Part shown: piece after piece, positions 12,973 through 24,620 of the stretch
How the letters are laid out: each line of letters begins with the position of its first letter
Position numbering within the stretch: the stretch's first letter is position 1
Assembly (NCBI GenBank): GCA_043228905.1
Contig: JBHGNT010000010.1
Coordinates: 6,448,001 to 6,512,000, forward strand
Direction: 5' to 3'
DNA: 64,000 bases
Origin: Azolla caroliniana
Lineage: Eukaryota > Plantae > Polypodiophyta
Notes under the pieces: generated by a model
The model's input: the letters and a program-made list of their open reading frames with translations, nothing else
What the model was told of the DNA's origin: nothing
The model's database searches: none
Position numbers and translations under genes: made by a program

Positions 12973-14121
12973 CCAACAGTGGCTCTTTCGAGCACTGAGG
13001 CTAAGTATCGAGGTGCTATCGTCGCCACCTATGAAGCCATCCGGCTTCGGCGGCTGCTACAAGACCTCCGGATCTAACTATCGACTCTGATCTCGATCTA
13101 TTGCGACAACATGAGTAGCATGCAAATGACCAAGAACCCCGTGTTCCATGCTCGGACGAAGCACATAGAAGTTCATTATCACTTTGTGCACGAGCGGGTC
13201 CTCAGCGGTGAAGTCAAACTTCGGTATGTTCAAACGGATCGGTTGCCAACATCTTCACCAAGGCACTTGGAACTGACAAGTTGCAGCATTATTCAAAGAT
13301 GCTTAGTCTTCAGCATCTCGACATGTCGCACTTGAGGGGGAGAACTGGAACAGAAACCAGGAAAACATGTAATGCCAGAGAGAAGGAAACTGAAATAGGG
13401 GAAGACCAAAGGCAAAAGGGAGCCAAGTTGACTAAAGAAGCTGTCACATACGAAGAAGTCGGAACAAGCGGCGACGACGGTAGAGTCAAGAAGGACAAAA
13501 CCGACCAGAAGAAGAAGACCAAGACCCGAACATGGTCTGATGTGGTAAAGGGTCTGAAGATTGAGGACGAATTGGAGACATCCAATCCGAACAAGAGCTA
13601 GATCAAATCGGCGGCACCCGATTCGGAAGAGGCGTTTGATTCAGAGGAGTCGAATCAACAAGAGGCCAAACGAACGAGAAAGCAGCGGAAGTCGACACCG
13701 ACATGGAGGAACCGACGAGTCGAGAAGCGGCAAAGTCACAGCAGCGAGGGAGCTAAGTTGGGCCTTATGAGCAGGCAAGCCGACCGAGAAGGTCGAGGTG
13801 CACGGAACCAAACAATCGAGGAGCGCAAGCAAGGCGGGCAGATGCCAGGAGGAGCTAGAGGGAAGGACCTGTAGACACTGACACCACGATCCGACCTCAA
13901 GTTGAGCTTGAGGGGGAGTGTTGAGTGGACAAGCTCGACCATATCCGGATCAATTGAATAAGCCAGAGCCAGATCGGTATCCAGAATAGAGAACCAGATA
14001 GGTATCTGGATCGGTATCCTGAACGAAGTGTCGGATCGGATTGTAACTGGTAAGCCATTAGAGGCCTACGATCCCAGCCTAGTACGTAGGCATATGTTTA
14101 GGAATCAATGTCAGTCGCTCG

Positions 14122-14763
14122 CATAGTATGAACCATACGTACCATTCGTGCATTCGTGTTTGAGAATGATAAACACCCTCAAAGAATGATAAATACTATA
14201 CTTTTACAAATTAAAGCAATTAGATGCTTTATAGAATAATTACAGAAATGATATAGAAATTTCAAAATTTATAAAGAAATTACAGAAATGATAGAAATTA
14301 CAAAGAAATTACAGAAATTATGAAAATTACAAAGAGATTACAGAAATCACAGAAATTACAAAGAGATTTCAGAAATTTCAAAGAAATTACAAAAAAATTA
14401 CAGAAATTACAAAACATTTACAGAAATTATTGAAAAAGTTCAGAAATTTCTATACTACATAGTACATACTATGACCTAAAGTTTAAATAACTTTAAACCC
14501 TATTATTAACCCTAAATATACCTGAATCTCGTTGGTATGCAGATCGTTGAAGCAACAGATCGTTCGAGGCTAGGTGGGAGAGGAGAGGAGAGCGTAACAT
14601 TACGTTGATGTGCAGAGGAAAAGGGGGAAAAGGGGGAAAAAGAGGGAAAAAAAAAAAAAAAAAAAGGAAAAAAACACACGAATATTTGAATATCATTCAT
14701 GTTCGTTTTCCAACGTAGGAAAACGAATGATATGGCAGACGAACACGAATTTTACGTGCTATG
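14122..14763. mobile_element. Non-autonomous hAT-type TIR element (MITE) inserted in the Copia D LTR
   Basis: Perfect 8-bp TSD gtcgctcg (14114-14121 / 14764-14771) and short imperfect TIRs catagtatg.../...cgtgctatg. It contains an internal (acagaaatt)-like array. A second copy lies at 20160-20434. Confidence 0.85.
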
Positions 14764-16915
14764 GTCGCTCGTATAAGCATTGAAGTACATGTCAATACTT
14801 CTATCAGTCCTTTTAAGGAATTGTATAAAAGTGCTCACTGAGCACATCGTATGTACAAAGTGTTATTTTGAAATTGAGTTCTATTGTTCTGCTCTCTCTG
14901 TATCTCCTGAGTACTCTCTCTCTATGTGATTTAAGCTTTCCATTAAACCTGTGTATATTCCCTGTTGTTATCCGGTGAAGCTGGTTTCTTCTACAAGCTT
15001 CCACACGTAAGTCTTTACATTTTCTATATGCTATCCTTGCTTTCTAATGGAGATACTTTGAGTCTGTATAAGGCATCAAAAAGTTTTACAAAGTATCCTA
15101 AATCTAGATCTAGTTATCCTCTTTTAATACTAACTTACTTTTTCTATCATTGTTTTTGTTTTCTAGCTTTAATTTTGGCACAAAAGACATTGTTGGGAAC
15201 ATATCCTCATCTTTTCTTCATGAATTTAGAATTAAGATGAAAACATTCTAAGCATCACAATCTTCTTATCCATTACTTACGTTTCCCTACTTTTGACTTT
15301 TGTAAAAACACCGTTATCTTGATCCATTCAAATTTCTTTTTTCTTTGATGTTTGTGATTCTTATATCCTCGATATTGACCTCTATTCTTGAGTGCCCTAG
15401 CATTCAACGTATTTGCAACAATGTTTTAACAAAAATTGGCAACACATTAGGGAGTGTATTGTGTATCTAATTGAACTCATCATACACCCTTAACACACTC
15501 ATTTCTTACCCTTGTTCTCTTCCCATTTCATCAATGTGTCACAAGTCATTTGTGGCTCATACTCGAGCATGAACTCAACCAACAGTTCATGATCGAGTAT
15601 GAGACACAAATGACTTGTGACACATTTCAAACTCTTCCCACATTGTCTTTGCAGCGTGGATTTCAATAACTCATTTTTGTATGCTACTTGCAACAATGTG
15701 CTTAAAACTTGATATTTGCCTTGCTTCAGACATATTGGTTTTCTCTTCTATGCATGACAAGTAACTCCATGGCATTCCTTCCATAAAACAAACTAGCCAT
15801 CTCTATGGTGTGGTCGATGGTTGTGTCAAGACTTATGATTATCCCTAGCCCTCATCATTCTTTTAATAATTCCCATCATCTTCCTCAGCTCTTCCGCTTG
15901 GTTGCTTGTGAGGCCATATTCACATTGAATCTTCAATTCTTTAGGTCTTCATCTTGCTTTCTTCCTAACAATGTTTATGTTGGATTCACAATAACTTATG
16001 TCATGAAAACTCTCATGTGGATGTGAACGTCAAGTGAGACCATCGGGACCTTAGACCTGAAGGAATTAAGGAGACATGTACTTTTGAAGATAAATGATAT
16101 AGATTGCTAGATATATAGACAAATGAGAGATATGCATATAAGATACAAAAGACAAGCGATCGAACAAGACATCGGTTTTGTACAAGTAGTCCCATCACCT
16201 GGTTGGTACTTCCATTCCCCTTAACTCCTATGTGGCTAATTATTGAGACTTACATTCATAACTTTCTACAATTGCCTTTGATTTCCTTATGAGACAAATA
16301 GTTCTACTAATTGCAAAATAAATCATTTGTTTTACTTTCTTTATATTTATAGTATGTGTTTACTAATTTATTGTTTTGTAGATGTAGTACATCAAACAAC
16401 AACACAATGTAGAGAGCTAGCAAGTAGCAAGATTGATAATAAGTTATAGGTAATCATACAATATTCCACAATAGGTAAGGGTTGATGCATAGGGTAAGGG
16501 TTGATGCATAGTAGATCATGACTCCATCACTTGGCTAGTACTTCCATTGTATGGTGATTAGCTTTATTAATCATCAAATTGTCCCTTTACTTCCCTTTCT
16601 TTATATTTACACTAGGTTTCTTAATTTATATTATTGTTTTCATACTAGTAGGCCATAAGACAATCAACACTTAACAATGTAAGGAGCAAGGAAATAAAAA
16701 GATTGATCATCAAACATTGGTCACTAGAGGGAGAGTGAGAGGAAGAGGGAGTATACAACACAATCTTTTACACATACATTCTCATCCGAAGTTCAAGATC
16801 CAAACTTTTCACTTGCTTGGTTAGCAAACCTCACCCATTCATTTTGTGTTCCTTCCGAGAACAAGGATTGTTTATAATCACCTCAATGCTTTAATCTATA
16901 TATATATATATATAT

Positions 16916-17123
16916 GAAAGCTCTATTTGCCCCCCCATTTTGGCTATCCCCCCCCCATCCCCCATTTTTTTTACAATTTCTGATAGTTCTCACCTCGGGA
17001 GAAGTCACTATTTGAGTACTCTACCAGTCGCAAATATTCCAAATGTGGTCAAGCTGGTCACAATGCACGCACTTGCGATTGGGGGGGGATAGCCAAAATG
17101 GGGAGGGGCAAATAGCGCTTTCC
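16916..17123. mobile_element. MITE with ~38-bp TIRs inserted in a (TA)n microsatellite
   Basis: gaaagctctatttgcccccccattttggctatccccccc ... gggggggatagccaaaatggggaggggcaaatagcgctttc, flanked by TA repeats on both sides. Confidence 0.8.
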
Positions 17124-18499
17124 TATATATATTGAAAATTTGTGAATTACATTGTTGGCACGATTTGGGCTAAAGAAGGATTGTGATGAAACTTTTAAAT
17201 AAAAAAATCCAAGGCACACTAGAAGCAAAATTATACTCAAATTTGTCTCTCATTGGTGGGAGGCAAGTGATGAACATTCTTATACTAAGTTGTTCCACAA
17301 GGATCATGACAAAATTTCCAACTAGGAATTGTAAGTATTGGAGACAAATTTACATTAAAGAAAAATTCACAAGCAATGGGACTCAAAGTCATTCTTTGGA
17401 TTTCACAAAATCTAGCACCCTTTCCATATGGGGATATTCATGCCCAAGAAAACACAAAGAAGTTTGCTAACCAACCAAGAGCATTGTCATATGGAAGTTT
17501 GCTAACCAACAAAGAAATTTGACAAGTGATGGGGATGCAAACTCACACCTTTGGATTTCACAAAATCTATCACCCTTTCATATCATGATGCTCGTGACCA
17601 AGAAAATACAAAGAAGTCATAAACATCCAAGAAATTTTAATGGCTAAATATGAGGACAATTTTCCAAAAGTCAAAATTAGAAACAATGCAAGTGATAAGA
17701 AATTTATGATAGAGAAAAACAGTCATAACTTCTCCATCCAACTCCAAATTAACCAAAACAATTTTTGCGCAAATGCTAATAGTGAGAACTATAATATATT
17801 GTCGTGTATGTAAAAATTGGAACCACGAGACAGAAATAGTGATGGAAAAGTAAGTCGGTTGCAAAAGAAAATAACTAGCTTTATATTTATGAAACTTTGT
17901 AAAAATCTTGAAAACCTCATATAAACTCTAAGTATCTCTATTAGAAAGAAAGGATAGCCAACAAAAAACTCAAGCAAAACCGATAATGAAAGAGAGGAAG
18001 TGTTGAAGACGATAGATTCTTAAAGAAAGAATGATGCAGATTCAGAAAAAATGAGAGGCGAGAAGAGACTTACCAGAAGAAAGGACTAGTATAAATTATG
18101 GTGATTGAAACTCAAGTAATTGTTTCATGTGCGGTTATATCTATGGTTTAAGGCATAATCCCAAATATTCACACAAATCACAAATTTTCTCAAATACATG
18201 TAGGAACGTAAATACAAAAATGAAATATTGACATAAATCCAATGATACATACATACACACACATCTATACACATAAAAAGAGTTAATTACACATCCATAA
18301 TGCACATTCACATGATTCTAATCATGTGAGCTTATAAAACAAAAGCATGCAGATAAGAACAATATATAGACACCTGCTCAAAGCATATGCCTATTGTATA
18401 CAATTTCACATGTCCTCACAAGAATCAATCATATCCACGAGCACATGCACATTGACACAAAAGTGTGCAAGTGCACACACTTATCTAACTTAATAAAGT

Positions 18500-20012
18500 G
18501 TTAAGCAAACACTTCTTGGTCAAACTAAAGACAAGGTTCAACAACATGTTCCAACGCACACAATCACCAGTAAATGCATATTTCCTACACACACAATCCG
18601 TACTCACAAGGATATCCATGCAAAATGGGAAAAGAAACTCAATTAAAGAAGGTCAAAAAGGTTCCATCTCCACTATCATCTCCCACAACCCTAATTGTCA
18701 ATCCATTTTCAAAGATGTCTTCCCTAGTTCATGTCTTTTATGGTCCTGCTCTACATTCACATGCCCATCATCCTTAAATAGTTCTGGCGTCAACTTATCA
18801 AAGAATGGAAGTTTGATTGTTTATGTGATAGTTGACACACGCCTTGGCAAGGCATGCACTTTCTATGCTTCTACACGTTGTGCATTGAGCATCACATTTC
18901 AATGGATTTCTTCAATAGAAATATTTCTCATGCCTCTATGTATGATCATGTGCTATTTTCTGTCCTACAAAGGGTCATGTAGGTGTCATATGGTGCATTA
19001 TGAATCCATGCTCACAACTCTTGAAAAATGTTTTCAAACTCAGCTATGTGAGTGACAACCAAATTGGATCTCTTCATCTAAACACTCTACATCAAGTAGA
19101 CCTTATTTGATGGGTGTTATTTTTGTATGTGTCACAAAATCCCTCCACATCTTTCTCAAAGTTTGAAAATCTATTATCAAGAAGTGAACATCATTAATCA
19201 AGTGTGTCTCCATTGTCTATTCTTGCCAACAAGCTTCCATTGTTGCCTTTGAATCAAAACAGATTCCCAAATATAGACCTTCTATAGGGAAAATTTTGTT
19301 CCATCAAAAATCCCTATTTGTGATCCTCCTCTTCTTGATGTTATCAAATCCTTTGGATCTTCTTGTGGACAATAAGGTATTTGTTGACTCATGTGAGTAT
19401 ATTGATGACATGGTGGTTGTCCTTAAGTATTTGACCTCCCAACTCAAGTTGAATCTTCCTTTACACTCAACGATGAATTAATCTTCATGTTCTCTTTTCT
19501 TGTGCATGTTTTCTTTCAGTTTCCATGAGCGTTGTTTAGTCTTCGTGAGCTCTTCTTGTTTATCATATTGTAGATGAAAATATCCCTCTAATACTACTTG
19601 TTGGAATTAGGAGAACGTGACACTTGACCTAATATCTAAAGTTCCAAGATCCTAATTCACCTCTAGAGAATAGAAGGCAAGCAATGGCAATTACCAAGAT
19701 GATAACACAACATTCACAGACATAATGTGACAATATTGATGAATTCATAAAACCAAAGTTGGTTACTTCTATTTTCACAATAGTAAGTACACAAGTCCTC
19801 TCTCATGCACACCCTAAGCCCCATCTCTATTGAATGGTCAATTGAAAAAAGATCAACACCTTCCAATGTCTAAGTTGTTCATATATATAGTTGAGCTTGG
19901 AGGATTATTCCCATTGCTACACATAGGAGCCTTTGTACAAATAAAAGGGATTAGGGTTAAGGGTGTTGAGAGGAGAATATAGGGGAGAGAAGTTTCTTGC
20001 GACAGAGTCAAC
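18500..20012 (-). mobile_element. Possible ancient Copia remnant (decayed PBS, LTR starting ~19599); boundaries uncertain
   Basis: The minus strand reads ...ccaaca-ag-tagtattagagg at 19585-19604, resembling an LTR end followed by tggtatcagagc. The adjacent sequence is too decayed to translate convincingly. Confidence 0.4.
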
Positions 20013-20159
20013 ATTGCTTATGGCATTCAACCTAATGTACTTACAATGATAAAAAAGACCTAATCTTTTGCAAGCTCATATCATGTATACAAAGATTGTT
20101 TAATTCAAAATTAATGTTTAGCAGAACAAAAACCCTTAGAAAATTTAACTTGAAACTTG

Positions 20160-20434
20160 CATAGTACGTAAAATTCGTGTTCGTCTAGCATAACATTTGT
20201 TTTCCTATGTTGGAAAACAAATGCGAATGTTATTCAAACATTCTTGTGTGTTTTTTTCCCATTTTTTTAATGTTTTTTTTTAGTTTTTTCCATTTTTTAG
20301 GCTTATTTACCTCATAATAAATAGTTAATCCAAAAGTATGGTATTTATCATTCTTTGAGGGTGTTTTTCTTACACGAATGGTTCAATCATTCTCGAATGC
20401 GAATGTACGTATGGTACGTATGGTTCATACTATG
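20160..20434. mobile_element. Shorter second copy of the hAT-type MITE, in opposite orientation
   Basis: Both ends are reverse complements of the ends of 14122-14763 (catagtacgtaaaattcgtgttcgtct...; ...ggtacgtatggttcatactatg). No clean TSD. Confidence 0.8.
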
Positions 20435-23400
20435 CAAGTTGAAAGGACAATATTCCTCAATAGAATGAGGAATATGTTTTGAGTTCATCAAACCAAAACT
20501 GGCAAGTCACTTTGGCCATGTCTCAACATTAAATTTGATGAAAAGTTCAAGTTGTATGAGACTCATCAAGCTTAATGTTTAATGTCTCTCATGAGGCCAA
20601 TGTGACCTATGAGACCAAAACAAGATACATTTCATAGCTCGTATAGTGAATCGAAATTAACAATCCATAAGCTAATGGGAAAGAGAACCAAAAACTAAAA
20701 GAGCATGTTGACATAAAATAACCTCTACATTTCTACCTTGTTTTCAAGAAGTAAACCACGAAAATTGACAAATAGTGAAGATGTGAGAACATTTAATGGT
20801 CTGGTATATTGAAGAATGGATTTATTTGGACACAAACAGAACCAACATCCATAGGGAATGGAAGTTTAGATCACATTAAAGACTTGCACCCTAATACAAA
20901 TTCCATTTTAGTTGTAGATTGGGACGTGTGGGTTCAAACCCACTCAATTGGCATGCCATCTTACGTTGCATGTGTCTTGGTATAAATTATTTCTAAAACA
21001 ACACATGTAAAGTAGATGTTCTCTAATGACACCATTGTGTGTACACTAAGCTTGATTTTATTAAAATAATATTCAAATGTAATAGAAGAGTTCTATTTGA
21101 AAATGTATGAAAGGCATAACAAAATTAAGCCCAAGGATGCATTATTAAGTCTTGGTCATTATCTATCTATGCGGCATGTCCATTGGCCAAGTGACTTATT
21201 AAGGTTAACCCAACACATCAAGGGAATTTGCCATTTTATACATTTAAATGCCTTTCTTTAAAGAAAATCGGAAATATGCAAACTAGTATGTACATATTTG
21301 AGACCAAAACACACATACACACATGATGCAAAACCGTTTTGTGATTTGGGTTTGTTAACAACCTTTTTGTTCTAAAAAACTATGCAATCAAAAGTGACAA
21401 GATGGAAGGAAGCGGGAATACTTGCGACCAAGAAATCCATATAATGAATGGCGCAACCTACTAGGAGGTCAGACAACCTTATTCTCTGGGTGAAGGATGG
21501 GTTATTCATTACCATTCTCAATTATTGTGAATTGATGGGTAACAAATCACTTACACACAGGCAGTTTTTAGATAATTCCTTCTTGTTGACATTCCAATGC
21601 CTTGTTAAATCAACCTTGGAATCGTAAAAGTCAAGGTTTGATTTTGGCAATCGATTTCTCATGTCATCCATATTGAGGGTTTCACGGCATGACAATCCAA
21701 GCATTACCATAAATTGTGGGATTTGGTCAATGGAGCGAAAATAATATATATTAGAGGCCTACAAGATGATGACTTGATTAAATAGTTGGGGACTCCAATA
21801 AGGTGTACTAGCTTGTAGAATGGCTTACCAAGGTGCAAATTTTGTCTCAAATCATCCGTCTTCTACAAATGATAGGGATATCATAATAAAACGTAAACAT
21901 CGATGTGGAAATCTTGCTGACTAACAAAACAAACACGTCGACACATTGTGTATGAGTGCATATGTATGTGTTAGTGAGTTCTGATAGAAAAGGAGGACCG
22001 GATAGAGATGTATATTATCGAAGCGAAGATGGAAGAGAGAAGTGTAAGTAACATGGTTTGTGTGTGCATGTGAGTGAGAGAGACAGAGATAGTGGATGTA
22101 TGTGCTTGTGCGAGAGAGGGAAAGCTGGCAGGGTGGATAAGCCGGAAAAGCTTTTGTAGAAATATCTTATGTCCGGACAAGCGTCCATTCCGAGTGTATG
22201 AGAGAGAACAAGAATGTCGAGTCGTAAACAAAGATTGGGATTGGGTGAACCTCTCTGTACTTCTTCTTCTTCTTCTTCATATGTGTAACGGAATATTAAA
22301 TTATTTTTATGTAATAATAGATCCATCAATTAATTTAATTTAATAAATAAATAACCCAGTTTTTTTCTCTTTATTTACTCATCTCACCTCTCCCTTCTTT
22401 CTCTTTTGCTCTTTTTTTTGGGGAATGACGTCATAAACTTGTGGGCGTCCTGCAAGCAAATGATGGGAGTTGACTAAAACCCAACAAAAACAAAAAAACA
22501 AAATCCCCAAAACAAATCAAATACAGAAAAAAAAAATTCAAAAAGCAAAAACCCAAGTCCAACCAAAAAAGCATAAAAAAAGAAGGAAAAGCTAGATCTC
22601 CCACATATTTTACCCGAATGCAACCCTAAGTTTCCTTGTTTTAATTCGTTGTATACGACACGCTCCTTTGTCTCCCCCCAGTAAATAAAGAGAGAGCATT
22701 ATATGGATTCAATCATAAAAGAGAGCAATATATGGATTCAATCATTTCCACTGTTGCGTAAACAATTGCTGAAATTTGTGCATATAATCCTTGAGGGTCA
22801 TCGGGCAGGGGTCGACCAAAGGGCATTCGGAGAAATAAAGAAATCACTAGGGTAAATTGTATGTATTATTAAGATTTCCCTGTAGAATGATATAGTGTGC
22901 AAACCATGGACGACTATGCATATATGTACTTGTGGGGCCACCAAGAGCAATTTGGGAGAAATCGAGACAAAAACGTTTGAGTAGAATACGAATGCTTGGC
23001 TTGCATCGTATGTTCTTCTGTACTTGTTAGGTCATTTTTCTTTTTTGATGAGTAGCATCTACTTATGGTGATCGAATATGTACGTGGGTATGTGATTGTG
23101 AGGTGATAGCACATGTATGGAGACTCGATATGTGTATGCATGTGTCCTAAGGGCATCACACTAGGGTAGCCGCATGCATCATAGACATGTTTGCTTCATC
23201 AGAGAAGAGAATCTTACGGAATTTATTCTTCCATACTTCATTTTAACAAATTTGTGAGAGGCTATGTACCCCAAGTATCCTATATACATACAATCCACTA
23301 CACACATAGGAATCATGTGTTTTCTTTACCCAAGTTCTCTAAAGTACTTTGACATCCTTTATTTCACTTCCCCCCTTTCCCCATTAAATCCACATAGGGA

Positions 23401-23575
23401 AAACGCTCCACACACAAGCTTCGCGTGGGACATGATCACGATGCGGGCCGAATGATTGATAAAGAAAGAAGAAGGAAAGAGAACAAGTTGGGGGAATAAC
23501 ATTAGCTCGAGAGTGTCCTTTCAAGATACATATATATTCATATCGTTGTCAAGGACAATCTCTGCGCCCCTTCCC

Positions 23576-23624
<49 letters not shown>

Positions 23625-24572
23625 GACACAAACACAGACACAATTAGTGTGCAATTCAAGAAGCCCCCCAACATTACGATATATTGTCGTAAACTCGAGA
23701 GGGACATGCTAATATAAGAACAACACGCCTCACTACCGAGCCTCCCCAGGCGTGGCCTTAGAGCATGGCAAAGGAGCTAAAATTTTAATCCCCCAACATG
23801 ATTAAGAGGGTGTTGGATCGAAGGTCGGGAAAATGTGATGTCCCACCGGGAGCGAGTCAGTTTAGGGTTTAGGGTTTCACCCCTCTGCCCCCACTTTCCC
23901 ACACACACATACACACACAACAAAATTCTGTCCTTAAGTCACATGGAGAGATTCTAATCCACTGTTGCTCTAAAAGGGGCATGTAAAAAAAGTAGCTGCA
24001 GGAATAGATATGCCAAAAAGTGCCTGCCTGTTTATATATGTGTAGCTATAAATATCCTTCCAAAAATCTTTTGGCCCATGTAATTTGAAAAGCTAATTTG
24101 GGATTAAACATGGTGCCCAAATAGAAAAGAAAAAACATAAAAAATTAAAGATTTAGCAGCCTAACAACAATCAACTCAAAAACAGTCGCAGGAATTTTGA
24201 ACAAATTATAAGCAGTTTTTTAAACACAGTTGCAGGAATTTTGAACTAATTAGGAGCAGTTTTACCACAGTAGCAAGGAGTTTTGATGAGATTAGGAGCA
24301 GTTTTAACGCCTTGTGGCAATGTGATGAAAAGCATAACACACACACACACACACACAGAGAGAGAAAATTTGGGGACACATATGTGTGTTGGAAAAATAG
24401 TAATTGATTTTATGAATTTGGTTAACTGATTGAAAACTGTGATTTATATAAATGGTTGAATCATTCTCAGCAATAAGTTCCCATAATATGAGGAATGTAC
24501 TCATGACAGGAAGTGAAATGAACGGTTCTAATTATGTGGTTTAATCTGATCAGCTAAAATGATGACAAGATT

Positions 24573-24585
24573 CTAATTCACATGG

Positions 24586-24620
<35 letters not shown>

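Larger units (their letters stand above)
11452..15019 (+). mobile_element. 3' half of degenerate Ty1/Copia element 'D' (RT, RNase H, 3' LTR 13919-15019)
   Basis: Motifs RLVAK.Y.QTHGIDY, LKKSLYGLKQAP, KKQPTVALSSTEAKY and NPVFHARTKHIEVHYHF. PPT ttgagggggag precedes TG at 13919. The LTR is homologous to the LTR at 57464-57967 and ends tttaca at 15019. Confidence 0.88.

Noticed and set aside
15400-16720. Possible Mutator/CACTA remnant and a ~330-bp degenerate duplication
   Set aside because: Too decayed; no TIR, TSD or transposase motif can be supported.
18498-19055. 185-aa plus-strand ORF
   Set aside because: No recognisable domain; probably the antisense frame of a decayed retroelement.
20925-20945. 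B-box-like ggttcaaacc (possible SINE)
   Set aside because: No convincing A box at the right distance, and no tail or TSD.
23860-23878. Interstitial telomere repeat (tttaggg)2; similar motifs at ~56030-56056
   Set aside because: Only two to three units; such telo-box motifs are common in plant DNA.
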